Shown here: piece by piece, positions 37,638 through 48,485 of the stretch | Position numbering within the stretch: the first letter of the stretch is position 1 | How the letters are laid out: each line of letters starts with the position of its first letter | Source of the DNA: Balamuthia mandrillaris | Taxonomy: Eukaryota | Length of the DNA: 64,000 nucleotides | Direction: 5' to 3' | Assembly: GCA_031835245.2 (NCBI GenBank) | Contig: JAVKOQ020000079.1 | Span: 1 to 64,000 of the forward strand | The notes under the pieces: generated by a model | The model's database searches: none | The model's input: only the letters and a program-made list of their open reading frames with translations | What the model was told of the DNA's origin: nothing | Program-made: the position numbers and the translations under genes

Positions 37638-39038
37638 ATGCGGAAGAGGAAAAGGCCAGGCCACCACGAGGACGACTGCGATGGCGAAACCAGCAACACA
37701 AGACGGCACAACGCTTGTGAGCTTCCGCAAGAACGGTGCTGGACAGAAGAGGTGCTCCCGGACGAAATAATTTCTCATGTTTTCACAATGCTGCCAAACA
37801 ACACCGCAGCTTTCGCTGCAAGGACCTGTCGACGGTGGTTCCGCTGCTGCCCTCCTCATTTGCGCCACAAGTTCGCAGCGAAGACCGCGTGTTCCGCTCT
37901 GCCGTTGCTTCAGTGGGCTGTGCTCAACGGTTACAAGTTGGAGGCATCCACCTGCACCATCGCCGCCAGTCAAGGTAGCCTGGAGGTGCTCCAGTGGGCT
38001 CACGACCAGGTGGACTGTCCTTGGACAGAGGAGACGTGCAGCAAAGCCGCTTGGAACGGACATTTTGAAGTGCTCAAGTGGCTTTGGTCAAACGGCTGTC
38101 CTTGCGACCACAAGACGTGCGACGGGGCAGCAGCCAGAGGCGACTTGGAGATGTTAAAGTGGGCAAGAGAGAACGGCTGCCCTTGGGAAAGCACTACCAC
38201 GGCTTGTGCTGCTGAAAACGGACACTTGGGGGTGCTCAAGTGGTTGAGAGAGAACGGCTGCCCTTGGGACGAAGAGGTCTGCTCGTTGGCGGCAGGCGCA
38301 GGTCATTTGGAAGTGCTTATGTGGGCAAGAACCAACGGTTGCCCTTGCGATGTGAATGTATGCGCGTTGGCTGCCACTAACGGGCATGTGGAGGTGCTCA
38401 AGTGGGCAAGAGAGAACGGATGCCCTTGCGACTCCTTCACTTTTCAAATGGCAGCTTACCATGGACAACTCGAGGTTTGGAAATGGCTCCTAGCGCAAGA
38501 AGGCTGTGAGCTGGATGTGTATTGCAGCAAAATGGCAGCTAGTGGAGGACATTTAGAAGTGCTCAAGCTGTTGAGGGAGAACGGTTGTCCATGGGATGCA
38601 CAAGTGTGTGACAAGGCTGCATTAAACGGACATGTGGAAGTTCTCGAGTGGTTGAAAGAGAATGGATGTCCGTTAACGCCCTATTCTGTTTGCCTAGTTG
38701 CAGCAGAAACAGGGCAGTTGCACGTGCTGAAGTGGGCGAGGAAGAATGGAGTGTTTGCATGTCAAGAGGAAACATGTTGGGCAGCTGCTGCCTACGGACA
38801 ACTTCAAGTGTTGAAGTGGTTGAGGAACAAAGGATGTCCTTGGAACGAGCTAACATGCAGCGGGGCAGCAGCAAATGGCCACCTAGAGGTGTTGAAGTGG
38901 GCAAGAGAGAACGGATGCCCTTGGGATGAGCAAACGTGGCGTGTGGCGAAATCACACAGACACAAAGAAGTGTTGAAGTGGGCTGAGGAGCATGGTTGTC
39001 CTACGCGGAGATCTTTCCGGCGGGCTCACCGTAAGTAA
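37638..39038 (+). CDS. F-box plus ankyrin-like repeat protein, tandem paralog
   Basis: LPDEIISHVFTML...AARTCRRW; same repeat type. Confidence 0.9.
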   Translation: MRKRKRPGHHEDDCDGETSNTRRHNACELPQERCWTEEVLPDEIISHVFTMLPNNTAAFAARTCRRWFRCCPPHLRHKFAAKTACSALPLLQWAVLNGYKLEASTCTIAASQGSLEVLQWAHDQVDCPWTEETCSKAAWNGHFEVLKWLWSNGCPCDHKTCDGAAARGDLEMLKWARENGCPWESTTTACAAENGHLGVLKWLRENGCPWDEEVCSLAAGAGHLEVLMWARTNGCPCDVNVCALAATNGHVEVLKWARENGCPCDSFTFQMAAYHGQLEVWKWLLAQEGCELDVYCSKMAASGGHLEVLKLLRENGCPWDAQVCDKAALNGHVEVLEWLKENGCPLTPYSVCLVAAETGQLHVLKWARKNGVFACQEETCWAAAAYGQLQVLKWLRNKGCPWNELTCSGAAANGHLEVLKWARENGCPWDEQTWRVAKSHRHKEVLKWAEEHGCPTRRSFRRAHRK

Positions 39039-39124
39039 CTTCTAATAAACCACACAACTTCTTTCTGTTTTGTTTTCTTGGTAATGCTTTTCTTTATCCA
39101 TAAAGTTTGTTGTTGTCTCTTTTA

Positions 39125-40219
39125 TTATTCCTTCCGCCAATGTCCATAAGAAGAGAGTGGAGTTCCCTCTACAAAAGTGTTCTCTACGTCTGCAGCATTG
39201 ATGACCGTGACTCCTTTCCGCAACATATCCTCTCTGGCCGCTTGCATGGTGTCCTTTGCAATGCCTCGTGTGGCATCCCACACGAAGAAGGTCTTATAAC
39301 CGAGTTGCATAGCATCCACCGCTGTATAATAGGTGCAGTAGTCGGTGGCCAGGCCGGTGATGTAGATAGTGGTGATACCACGCAGCTGGAGGATGTTGTG
39401 CAATGGAGTGGAAGTGAACTCCCCGTTGTCGAAGAACGCAGAGTAGGAATCGATGTGGCACTTGTTGCCCTTTTGGATGATTATATCGGTAGCCTGAAAG
39501 CGAAAATGTCAAGTCCTGCTGAAGGAGGAGGAGGAGAAGAACAAGAAGAAAGAAGAAAGAGGAAAGAGCGAGAAGAAGAGAACAAGCAGAACGAGAAAAA
39601 CTATAACAAGCACAAGGAGAAGGGATATGAACCTTTTGAATGAGGTGTGGATGAAAATCAGCATCCTTCGTGCCGATGACGCAGTGGTCTGGCCACAAGA
39701 CCTGCGTGAGTGTATGAGCTGGTGGCCCATCACAGTCTACAGCATAGCCATTCTATTAAAAGGAATAAAAGTTGTGAGGAAATGGAAGCTCGTATTCGAC
39801 CAAGAAGAAAAAGCTAAACCAACCTGGCGTTTTACTGTCGTGTCTTTGTCCTTGCAAAGGCGTCCCTCTTCATCGTAATTCAATTCTACAGTATCAAACA
39901 CCTTCTTTCCTTCATGTTGGGAGGCAAAGGAGACGTGGTCGCTGCAATGCCAGTCCTGCGAGAGTATGACGACCTCAAAGCGGTCTTCGTGGCGCTTCCG
40001 AATGCCGTTGATGACGGGAATGACCTCGTTGCCGTTGGGCACGGCAAGCGTGCCGTTGGCGGTAAAACAGTTTTGAACGTCGACTATAATGAGGGCTCGT
40101 TTTGCTCGGCCGGGGTTTGTTGCAGGTGGAGACGTCGCGGCTGAAGCGAGCAGCAAACAATGGGTCGCGAAGGCCAGCAGCAGAAGAAAGCAGTATGTAC
40201 AAGGGCGTGTCTTCTCCAT
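39125..40219 (-). CDS. PNC1: Nicotinamidase/pyrazinamidase (isochorismatase family) with predicted signal peptide, 3 exons
   Basis: ALIIVDVQNCF, QDWHCSDHVSFASQH, LWPDHCV, DSYSAFFDN, GLATDYC. Confidence 0.9.
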
Positions 40220-40532
40220 CGTTATCCGAAGGGTTAGCTCTGGTGTATGAAGTCGTGGCGGTGGTCGTCAAAGAGAAGAGGTAACGCAACGGAAGAGCAA
40301 CGTATTTTCTTGGCCGCTTTCTTCTGATTTTCTCGGTTGGGAAATGGAAAAAGAAGAAGAATGAAATCGAGATGACCCGATAATTACCAATTACGTCGCA
40401 TTTTTCCTTTTATTGATGTGATGACATCATCATTTTTTTCAAATCTCCAATCCGAAATCAAATAGCGGGACTCATTACAAGCCAGGCTCATAGCAGCGAA
40501 CAGCGGCCGAACATATAATGGTGACGTTATGG

Positions 40533-42197
40533 TCAAAAGTTGGTTTCCTTTCGGAAGAAAAACCTTTCAAGAGGAGGGGTACGCCGTTCTTTGCTGTCAA
40601 AGATGCCCTGCTTCACCCGGATGTGAAGAATATGGGCCACCTCTCTGGCCACGCTCGGAGGAAACTCCCCATCATTTTCGTTGCAGTGCAGATAAGGTTC
40701 AATGGAGCCTCTCACCCGAAACAGGCTTTTGCCCCAAAAGTTCTCCCGCAAGCGGTCCAGACGAGGGAAGCGGCCCTCCCACCTCGCAGCACTTGCAAGG
40801 AAAGGACCAAGGGCACGTTCTTCCTCCCATGCTGGGCTCTCCCTCGATGCCAACAAACGGGGCATCAACACCTCATTCATCGGTCCCTCCAACTCTTTCC
40901 GATGTTCGGTGATGAAACGCTTTGCATCCACACGCCGAGGTGCATCCTGTTGAACCGAAGAGAAAAGTTGAGGAAACTCATCCGTGTCCAAGGAGAACGC
41001 GTACTGGCAGTAGCCTTGCCACCGGAGGAAAGCATCCCAGTTCATGGCTTGCAGCATGTGCTCATGGGTCTCGTGCGTTCCTGGCACTTGAGTCTCCACC
41101 AATACCACCCGATACTTCAGTCCTGGGTGATCCCTAGCTAACCTCTCGCGAAGCTCTTCGGCCGAAGGTAGCTCTCCTGCTTTGGTCAGGCCTGTGAAGA
41201 GGTTGATGAATATGCGGTCCACTCCTATGACGTCCAACATCCACAGCAACCACAGCTCGTCATCAGGTGTCCAGCTGTACTTCTTCACCACAAAACCACA
41301 AACGGTGACGTTTTGGGATTCGGCCCCTGTCGCTCTCTCGATTGGCAATGGCTCGTTTCGCGCGTGGTACCAAGGAGCCTCAGGAAAGACCGGTGTCTCT
41401 TGTTCTGTGGCGGTTGACAACTTTGCTGAGGGTAGTACTGGTAATGGGCTCCAAAGCGTAGGAAAGTGTAGAACATCTTCCACTGGAAATAGAGCAACGT
41501 CTTTCGTAGCATGAACAGCAAAATGTGCTGGTTTGCATCTTCTCCTCCCATCCATAGGTGCAGAAGAAGCAGTCTCACGACATAATGCAGCTTCAACAAG
41601 GGCAGGTGGCATGTCAAACATGCAACGGATTACAAAATCCATCCAGGTGGCTCCATGGTTGTGTCGGAAGGCAAACCCCATGGGTTGTTGAGCGAAGCAC
41701 TGCAATGCAGGTACCTTTTCCACCCAGAAGCTATCTTGGGTGCCAATTGGTGGCGAGGGGTAGGTCCAAAGCTCTACCTTTGAGAAGAGGAAATACTTGG
41801 TGGCGAACGTGACATTGTCGTGAATGACAGCGTGGAACTGAAAGATCTTTTTGTGGACAGGTTGCGCGTTGGTGCCATTCACAGGAAACGTCCTAAGCCG
41901 AGGGCCAGCTTTGAGCTGTTCTGGCGGAGGGAAGGCGCGGTGATCTTCCGCGGCGGATACCACACGAAAGAGCCCGTTGGAGGAGAGTCGCTCACCGTCT
42001 GTCCATGAGATATGGAACAGCGGTCCGGTAAACGATACAACCCCTTCTTTTTTCGCCGCGACCGCTTCTGCTTCTTTCTCGTCGGTGGAGGACGGCTGAA
42101 GGTGGGGACCAGAAGGAGCGAAATAGAAGTAAAGACAGGCGGTAATGCTGAGGAGGGATAATCCAATTATCATTCCTCGCCCCGCATTACTTTTCAT
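40533..42197 (-). CDS. Type II membrane glycosyltransferase-like protein (GT-A/GT92-like), intronless
   Basis: N-terminal TM anchor; WLLWMLDVIGVDRIFI; YAFSLDTDEF (DxD motif); WGKSLF; paralog of 59111-60748. Confidence 0.65.
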   Translation of the reverse strand: MKSNAGRGMIIGLSLLSITACLYFYFAPSGPHLQPSSTDEKEAEAVAAKKEGVVSFTGPLFHISWTDGERLSSNGLFRVVSAAEDHRAFPPPEQLKAGPRLRTFPVNGTNAQPVHKKIFQFHAVIHDNVTFATKYFLFSKVELWTYPSPPIGTQDSFWVEKVPALQCFAQQPMGFAFRHNHGATWMDFVIRCMFDMPPALVEAALCRETASSAPMDGRRRCKPAHFAVHATKDVALFPVEDVLHFPTLWSPLPVLPSAKLSTATEQETPVFPEAPWYHARNEPLPIERATGAESQNVTVCGFVVKKYSWTPDDELWLLWMLDVIGVDRIFINLFTGLTKAGELPSAEELRERLARDHPGLKYRVVLVETQVPGTHETHEHMLQAMNWDAFLRWQGYCQYAFSLDTDEFPQLFSSVQQDAPRRVDAKRFITEHRKELEGPMNEVLMPRLLASRESPAWEEERALGPFLASAARWEGRFPRLDRLRENFWGKSLFRVRGSIEPYLHCNENDGEFPPSVAREVAHILHIRVKQGIFDSKERRTPPLERFFFRKETNF

Positions 42198-42409
42198 CCC
42201 TTTTCGGTCCGTTGTTGTGCCTCTTCTTCGATTGTTTTTTTTTTTTCTTTCTTGTTCCAAGTTTCCATCGCTTCGCATTACTGCAAAAAAAGGAAAACAC
42301 CGATCCACACGTTTTAAATTCATCCAATCCAATCTGCTAACGAATTTCAAACCACCAATCAAAAATCAAAAGTTGGTCCGTTTTTTTACCTTTTTGGTGT
42401 TTGTTGAAA

Positions 42410-43708
42410 CTAAAGAGAAAGGAGTTCTTCCAGAGGGAACAACAGAGTTGCCGTTGATGTTGCTTCTTGCTTCTCGGCTGTAGCGACGTGGGGTGAGGAA
42501 TTGGCAGCTGCTTCGGTGATGATAGGAGACGGCGCAGCCAGGTCAACCGCTTCCTGCGATGGCGGTAGCAATGCAGCCTCCATAGGTGTCACTATCAACA
42601 TATCGTCTTCATCAACAGCAAGCGACGAAGAAGGAAGCAGCTGTTGTTGTGGTGATGGTTGTTCTTGTTGTTCTTGCTGTTGGTCTTCTGTGATGGAAGG
42701 GGCAACAACGTTGGCGAGCTCTTGGCCGGTTGCAAAGGCAGGAGGTGGCTCGTAATGCTCCACTATTGGAGGAGGTGGTATTGGCTCCAAATAACGAGCT
42801 GTTATTATTTGTTTTTGGTTTGTTTGTCAATTTTTAAACGAAGGAAAAAAAAAGAAGTAAAGAGAAAGAAGTAAGAAGAAGAGAGATAAGTATGTACCTG
42901 TGTGCATTGCATCTAAAGCTGGAGGCAAGTCCAGCTTGGGAAAGGTTTGTCCGGGCAACATGCCCAAAGGTGAGTCGTGCCACACCTGTTTAGCCAGTTG
43001 CCACCCACTTGAAGAAGAAGAATCTGAAGGAATAGCAGAAGTGAAAGAAGAAGCAGAAGAAAAAGACGAAGACGTGCTGTTCTCCGTTACTGTTTTTTGT
43101 TTCTTTTTCGCTGTTTTTTTGGAGGAGACTCCGATGAGACGCTCGTAAGCTTGCAACGCTGCTGCGAGATCTTGCTTTGGTTGGGGAGCTAAGGAAGGAG
43201 GAGCGGGTGTGTCTGTGCGAAGAGATAAAATGCGGTCGATTTTGGATCGAAGCACTGGCATCGTTTCATCTTGGACAAAGCCAACCAGTTGATAGGCCAA
43301 AGTTACGTTTCTGTTTGTTGTTTAGAGAATGAGAAAAAAAGGAAAAACGGATAAGAAAGAGAAAAGACAACGATAGAGAAAGGAAAAGGAGCGAGAAGAA
43401 AGGAGGAGGAGAAAGAGTAGAGTACCGTTCAATAGGATTCCGTAGGAGAGACTGGATAAGAATGGCAAATGGGGCAATGTTGGACTGTTGCAGAGAGGTA
43501 AGGTAATAAGACTTGTCCAAAAGGAACTGAACCCAAGAATGTAACATGCTTAGTCGCCACTCTTCTTGTTTTTCTTGTTCTGGAGGCATCTCTTCTGATT
43601 CTTCTTCTTGGTCATCTGATACATGTTAATTTCCGGGTATCAAACAAATGAAGAAGGAATGGGATAGAAAGAGAAAGAGAAAGAGAAACAACGAAAGAGA
43701 AACGACGA

Positions 43709-43755
<47 letters not shown>

Positions 43756-44627
43756 AACCATAACGTTTCTCAGCAAGCCGCTTGACAATAGCTAAGAATA
43801 GGATAGCAACAAAGTCAGGCCAACAGGAATTGAAGCTCTGTAATGCGGCTTCCCACAGTTGCGTCAATGTATGAAACACAGCCTCCACTGTGAGTCCCGC
43901 TCTAATAATACCAGCATTAGAATCTTCTTCAAGGGATGACGGAAGAAGGAAGCAGAAGAACGTACAAAGGAGGTGGAACAAGAAAACCATCATCCAACAG
44001 AGTAGGAACCAGATAATCCTTCACTCTATGGGTGGTAGTCGCCAAAATGATGGTCTTCAAACACATTCTAGCCGCCCGGCTTTTCTCCTTCAACAACGCA
44101 TTCTGTCGTGACAACGAAGAAGTCGCAGCAGAAGTTGACTCCAGCACCAATCGAAGGTGTTGTATCTCGGTCTTCAAGGATTGAAAGCTCTGCAACAGGG
44201 CACGAAGGTTATGCCGAGAGCAAGCCAAGCGATGGTGCTGCGGTTGCCAATAGCGCTCGTCCAACCAATGCAAGGCCGTTGATGCAGCCGACCTCAGAAT
44301 GGACAACGCGGGGAGGCGGCTGTGAGTGGCTCCGTGGCGCAGGTCTACCAGCAGCTGCGGTAGGCCCATCCGAGCGGCGATCTGTCCGACGGAGGTGGCG
44401 TAGGCGCCGCGTTGGGCAGAGTCCGCGAGGCCGTTGACGAAGCGGGTTAGGGCCATGGAGTACATTAGCTGAAGTTCTTTGGAGGAGCGAGTGGCAGGAG
44501 TGCTAAAAGTACGTTATTTGCATTGCATTTAGCGAACGTGAAGTGTAGAGAGCAGCAGCAAAGCAGCGGAGCAGAGGGCAGGCGGGAGAGAACGGACAGA
44601 GCGGAGAGAGCAGAGAGAGCAGAGAGA

Positions 44628-44668
<41 letters not shown>

Positions 44669-45100
44669 CAGAGAGAGAGACTGTGAAAGAAGAACATACG
44701 TGTCGACGAGTTGGATTTCTACAAGACTAGCGGTAGCCTCCACCGACACCGGAACCTTTCCTCTACTGCCCCACGCTCGGATCTTCAAAAGGAATCCAAA
44801 AAAAAAATGAGTCATGTGCACTCCCTCAAAGGAAAAAAAACACACACATACCCGTTTCACGGAGAGCGCTTTGAGCTCAGCGTCAGAGCCGAAAAGTCCG
44901 CTGTAGACCTGCTGCCACTCGGACCACGTTGCCCAAGGCACGCTACGCACGCAGGTGATGCCTTTGGCTATTTCTTTGCTGGCGGGGATGTGCATGCCCT
45001 TCTTCAGCATTTTTCTTTTCCGCGCCCCCACCGCGGGGAGCACCTTGCCTTGCGCCTCATCCCAAATGGCCTCCACCAGCGCCTTGCTCCCCTCGTTCAT
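42410..45100 (-). CDS. LAS1: Las1 pre-rRNA ITS2 endoribonuclease, multi-exon
   Basis: VPWATWSEWQQVY, AWGSRGKVPVSVEATASL, YSMALTRFVNGLAD, LVDLRHGATHSRLP (HEPN RHxxxH), HSPLGMLPG-type C-terminus. Confidence 0.92.
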
Positions 45101-45132
45101 TTTTCTTTCTTTCTTTCCTCTTTCCTCAGACG

Positions 45133-45247
45133 TGTCGACATGGTTATACATTATGTCGACAAATTTTAATGTCGACACTGAAAATAAGTGTCGACTTTCC
45201 ACGTTCGGTCAAACGCTGACGAAAGCGGACATCGTTACAGTCGACAG
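45133..45247. promoter_or_regulatory. Cluster of five GTCGAC-core palindromes in the divergent LAS1 promoter
   Basis: TGTCGACA at 45133, 45154 and 45170; TGTCGACT at 45189; AGTCGACA at 45239. Confidence 0.6.
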
Positions 45248-45581
45248 AAAATATTCCTACCGCTTCCTTTTTCCTTTTTCCTTCGTATTTGCTGCTGATT
45301 TTTTGACGCGCGGAACCAAAAGAAAAAAAAACCAGGGAGAGTGACCCACGCCGCTTCGCCGCTCCCCCCCCTTTTTTTTTCTCTCCTTCTCGTTGGCTTG
45401 TCCTCTCGCTCTCTTTTTTCTTTTTGATTTATTTATTATTTTAAAAGTACGTCTCTTGCTTAACACTACCCGCTTTTTTGTTTTGTTTGCCTCACTCGCT
45501 GATTCTCTCTCGTCTCGCGTTCCCCCTTTGTTTTTTTTGTTCTCACAAAAATCTCTACTCAATCGACCACAAAAAACAAAG

Positions 45582-46490
45582 ATGGAAGTAGTGAAACCTT
45601 ACTTGGATGAGTGCCTAAAATACGGCCAGTGGGCGTTGGAGCAGCTTCAGCCCTACTTCGCTCAGTTGAAGGCTGAGTACTTGCCCTACCGCCACCACTA
45701 CACTCCCTATTTCAAGGCCGTCGGCTTGGTGGACCTCGCCCCCGAGCACGAGATTCTCGTCCTCAGTGGCCTCATCTCCTTTGTATTGCTGATCTTCACC
45801 ATTTTGTTCTGGCGACTCCTTTTCTCTTCCTCCTCCTCCTCCAAGAAGCAGAGCACCAAGGGCAACAGCAACACCAAGAAGCAAGCCGTTGCTGCATCTC
45901 CCTCGAAGAAAGCTGCCGCCAAGAAGAAGGCCACCGCCTCCAAGAAGAGCAATGACAGCGCGCCTGCCACCCCCAAGAAGGCCGAAGCCCAGAAGAAGAC
46001 CTCTCCTTCTTCCGAGAAGAAAGCCACCACCGCCGCTGCCAAGAAGAACAACACTGCTAACGCTAAGAAGCAACAGCAGAATAACAACGCAAAGAAGCAG
46101 CAGCAGCAAGAGCAGGAGCAGCAGACTAACAAGAAGGAAAGGAAGGCGGTCTTCCTGGGCATGGACGTCGACGACGGTGCTCAATACGGAGCCGAGGAGC
46201 ACACCGGAGGCACCCCCGTGCCAGCTGCCGCTGCCACCACTGGAGGCAAGAAGAAGCAGCAAAAGAACGCCAACAAGAAGGGCGAGAAGGCCGCCGCCAA
46301 GAAGGAAGAAAAGGCCAAGAAGGAGGAGTCCGCCGAGGAGGAGGATGATGGCTTCTTGACCCCTCCCAGCCAACGCCGACGCTCCGCCCGGAAGAACAAG
46401 GGACAGCCCCCCGAGTACCTCTCTCCTGGCGGCAAGATGGTGCAGCTCACCTCTCCTCGTCAACAACGTGCGGCCACCTCCTCTCCCTAA
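45582..46490 (+). CDS. Single-pass membrane protein with Lys/Ala-rich tail
   Basis: TM ILVLSGLISFVLLIFTILFW; strong GC3 codon bias; intronless. Confidence 0.75.
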   Translation: MEVVKPYLDECLKYGQWALEQLQPYFAQLKAEYLPYRHHYTPYFKAVGLVDLAPEHEILVLSGLISFVLLIFTILFWRLLFSSSSSSKKQSTKGNSNTKKQAVAASPSKKAAAKKKATASKKSNDSAPATPKKAEAQKKTSPSSEKKATTAAAKKNNTANAKKQQQNNNAKKQQQQEQEQQTNKKERKAVFLGMDVDDGAQYGAEEHTGGTPVPAAAATTGGKKKQQKNANKKGEKAAAKKEEKAKKEESAEEEDDGFLTPPSQRRRSARKNKGQPPEYLSPGGKMVQLTSPRQQRAATSSP

Positions 46491-46625
46491 AAAATTAAAG
46501 TCGTACTTTTACTTGCGAAGAACAGAGCAACAAACGCTTTCTTGGTGTCTCTCTTCTTTGTTGCTTTTGTTGTTGGAATGCAAAGTGAAGATATGTTTCC
46601 TGGTTGTTACGCCGCATTCAACGGA

Positions 46626-46697
46626 AGCCCCATGGTGTAGTTGGTAACATGCGAGGTTCTGGTTCTCGCGCCCTCAGTTCGATTCTGGGTGGGGCTG
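46626..46697 (+). tRNA. tRNA-Gln (anticodon CTG)
   Basis: 72-nt cloverleaf: AGCCCCA/TGGGGCT acceptor, CGAGG-TTCTGGT-TCTCG anticodon arm, CTCAG-TTCGATT-CTGGG T arm; T-run downstream. Confidence 0.9.
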
Positions 46698-46821
46698 CAT
46701 CTACATTTTTTGTTCTTTTTTTGTTTGTCTTGTCTTTTGTTCTTTTTTTTGTTTGTCTTCGTCGAAAACATTCGTTCTGTTGTCCAACGTTCTCATTCAT
46801 CTCTTCATCGTTCTCTTCTTC

Positions 46822-48262
46822 TCAAGGAACATAATAAAGGACCTTATTTTTACCATCGAGTGAAGGTACTTCAGTCAAGAGAATCCGTTGTGGGTCCTAT
46901 AGGAGGTGTGTTTTTGGAGAATAAGATAACGAGAACGATGGTGGTTGTTGTTGGTTGGCATGGTTTGGTAACAAACCTTTGCGTGCAAGTATTGTAATAG
47001 TTGTTGATAGCTCTTCACGGGTTGGCCGTTGGGCAATCGGCGGTGAGGAAACTGATGATAGTACGTGCAACAAGGAACCACGGCAAAGGCTTTGTTGCTT
47101 TTTTTTTTTGTCGTTAGAATAGGCAACGCATAGAACAAGAAGCTGCAGAAACAAATGAAGATACAGAACAAAAAACAATAGCAAAAACAAAAAAACAAAC
47201 GTACTGCTCTAAAGCAAAGTCCACGATGGCCTCAGCGGCTTGGTCAGGATGCATTCCGACCACCACAGAGCACTCTTCTAAGACTCGTCTGAAGTTATTC
47301 CAGTCCAACGTTTCCTTTGCCTTTTCCACTTCTTCCAACTCCTCTTTGCTGAACGATTCGCTAGCATGTTCTTCCTCTTCCTCTTCTTCCTTTTGGATGT
47401 CGTTGTTGTCCTTGTCTTCTCTTATTTGAATGGTGTCGTTTTCTTTCTCCTCGGTTTCTTCTTCGTTTTGTGTCCGTGTCGTTGTATGTATGTTCGTTGC
47501 TGTTGAACTGTTGCTGTTGTCTCTTTGCTTCACAAAGCGATAGCCATCCTCCGCCAACAAGCGTCCTTCTTGTTCCACCTGTTTCTTCGCAACCAGCCCT
47601 TTCTCCGTCCACAAAACCGATTTGGCTTCCTTCAAAGCACTCTTCATCCTCAACTCGTTCGCTCTTCCTTCGTCCTCTCCTGTTGTTTGTTGCCACAACT
47701 CTCTTGCGAAGAACAACCGAAAGTGAGCAGGCTGCTGAACCTCCTCCGCACTTACGGGCGGCACCTCCGTGTCCAGGTAAGCTCTAAAGGGAGGAGCGCA
47801 GCGGTGGTAGACGCCATAGAGAAGGCGTCTCTGGTAGTGCTTCAGCTCGAGGGGACGAGGCTCCACGACGGTGCAGCTCACCCCATTCAGGTTTACAAGC
47901 TGAAAGGAGAGCTCTCCCTTGCCTCCCGCTACCTCCAGCACGCCTGCACCTTGCAGCAACCGCTCGCGCCCAAAGGTGTCTATCAACCAGCGCCGAAAAC
48001 AATTGGCCTTGTTCTTGTTCCTCACCTTCTTTCTTCTCTTCTTTGGCAGGGCACCACCGGTCGTTTGGGCCGTCTTTGCGGTCGTTGTTGGCGTTGTGGT
48101 GGTCTCTTGACGCAGCCGGGAGAGCTCCTCCGGGGCAGGATGCCTGAACTTGCACTCGGGGCCGAAGCTGCAATGCCCACCGAGCCTCAGCCAGTGGCGA
48201 CAAGCCGCCCGGAGCTTCATTGCAGAGGAGGAAGCATCAGCAGGGTCCTCCCTTTGTTGCAT
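46822..48262 (-). CDS. CCCH zinc finger plus SAM-methyltransferase-like protein, 3 exons
   Basis: [58 protein letters not shown]; final exon [24 protein letters not shown]. Confidence 0.8.
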
Positions 48263-48298
48263 TTCTTTTTCTTTTTCTTTTTCTTTTTTTTTTTGTAG

Positions 48299-48485
48299 AC
48301 CCCACCAATGCACATTGCCCTCTCTCCGTGATGTTGGCCGGCGGAGCCGAGGCATGCATCAGTCCACTTTCAATGGCTGGTTTCTGTAGGATGAAAGCGC
48401 TGTCCTCCAAGTTTAGCGACACCCCTGAAAAGGCCTCTCGTCCCTTTGATAAGGCTCGCGATGGTTTTGAAATAGGAGAAGGCAG
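48299..48485 (+). pseudogene. Isolated fragment of beta-ketoacyl-ACP synthase (FabF/OXSM type)
   Basis: [52 protein letters not shown]; no other KAS exons recognised in the window. Confidence 0.75.

Noticed and set aside
36176..39038. Endogenous giant-virus insertion
   Set aside because: No viral core genes (capsid, polymerase B, packaging ATPase), and flanking genes are intron-containing host genes
45615..46466. 283-aa minus-strand hydrophobic ORF
   Set aside because: Antisense shadow of the Lys/Ala-rich gene
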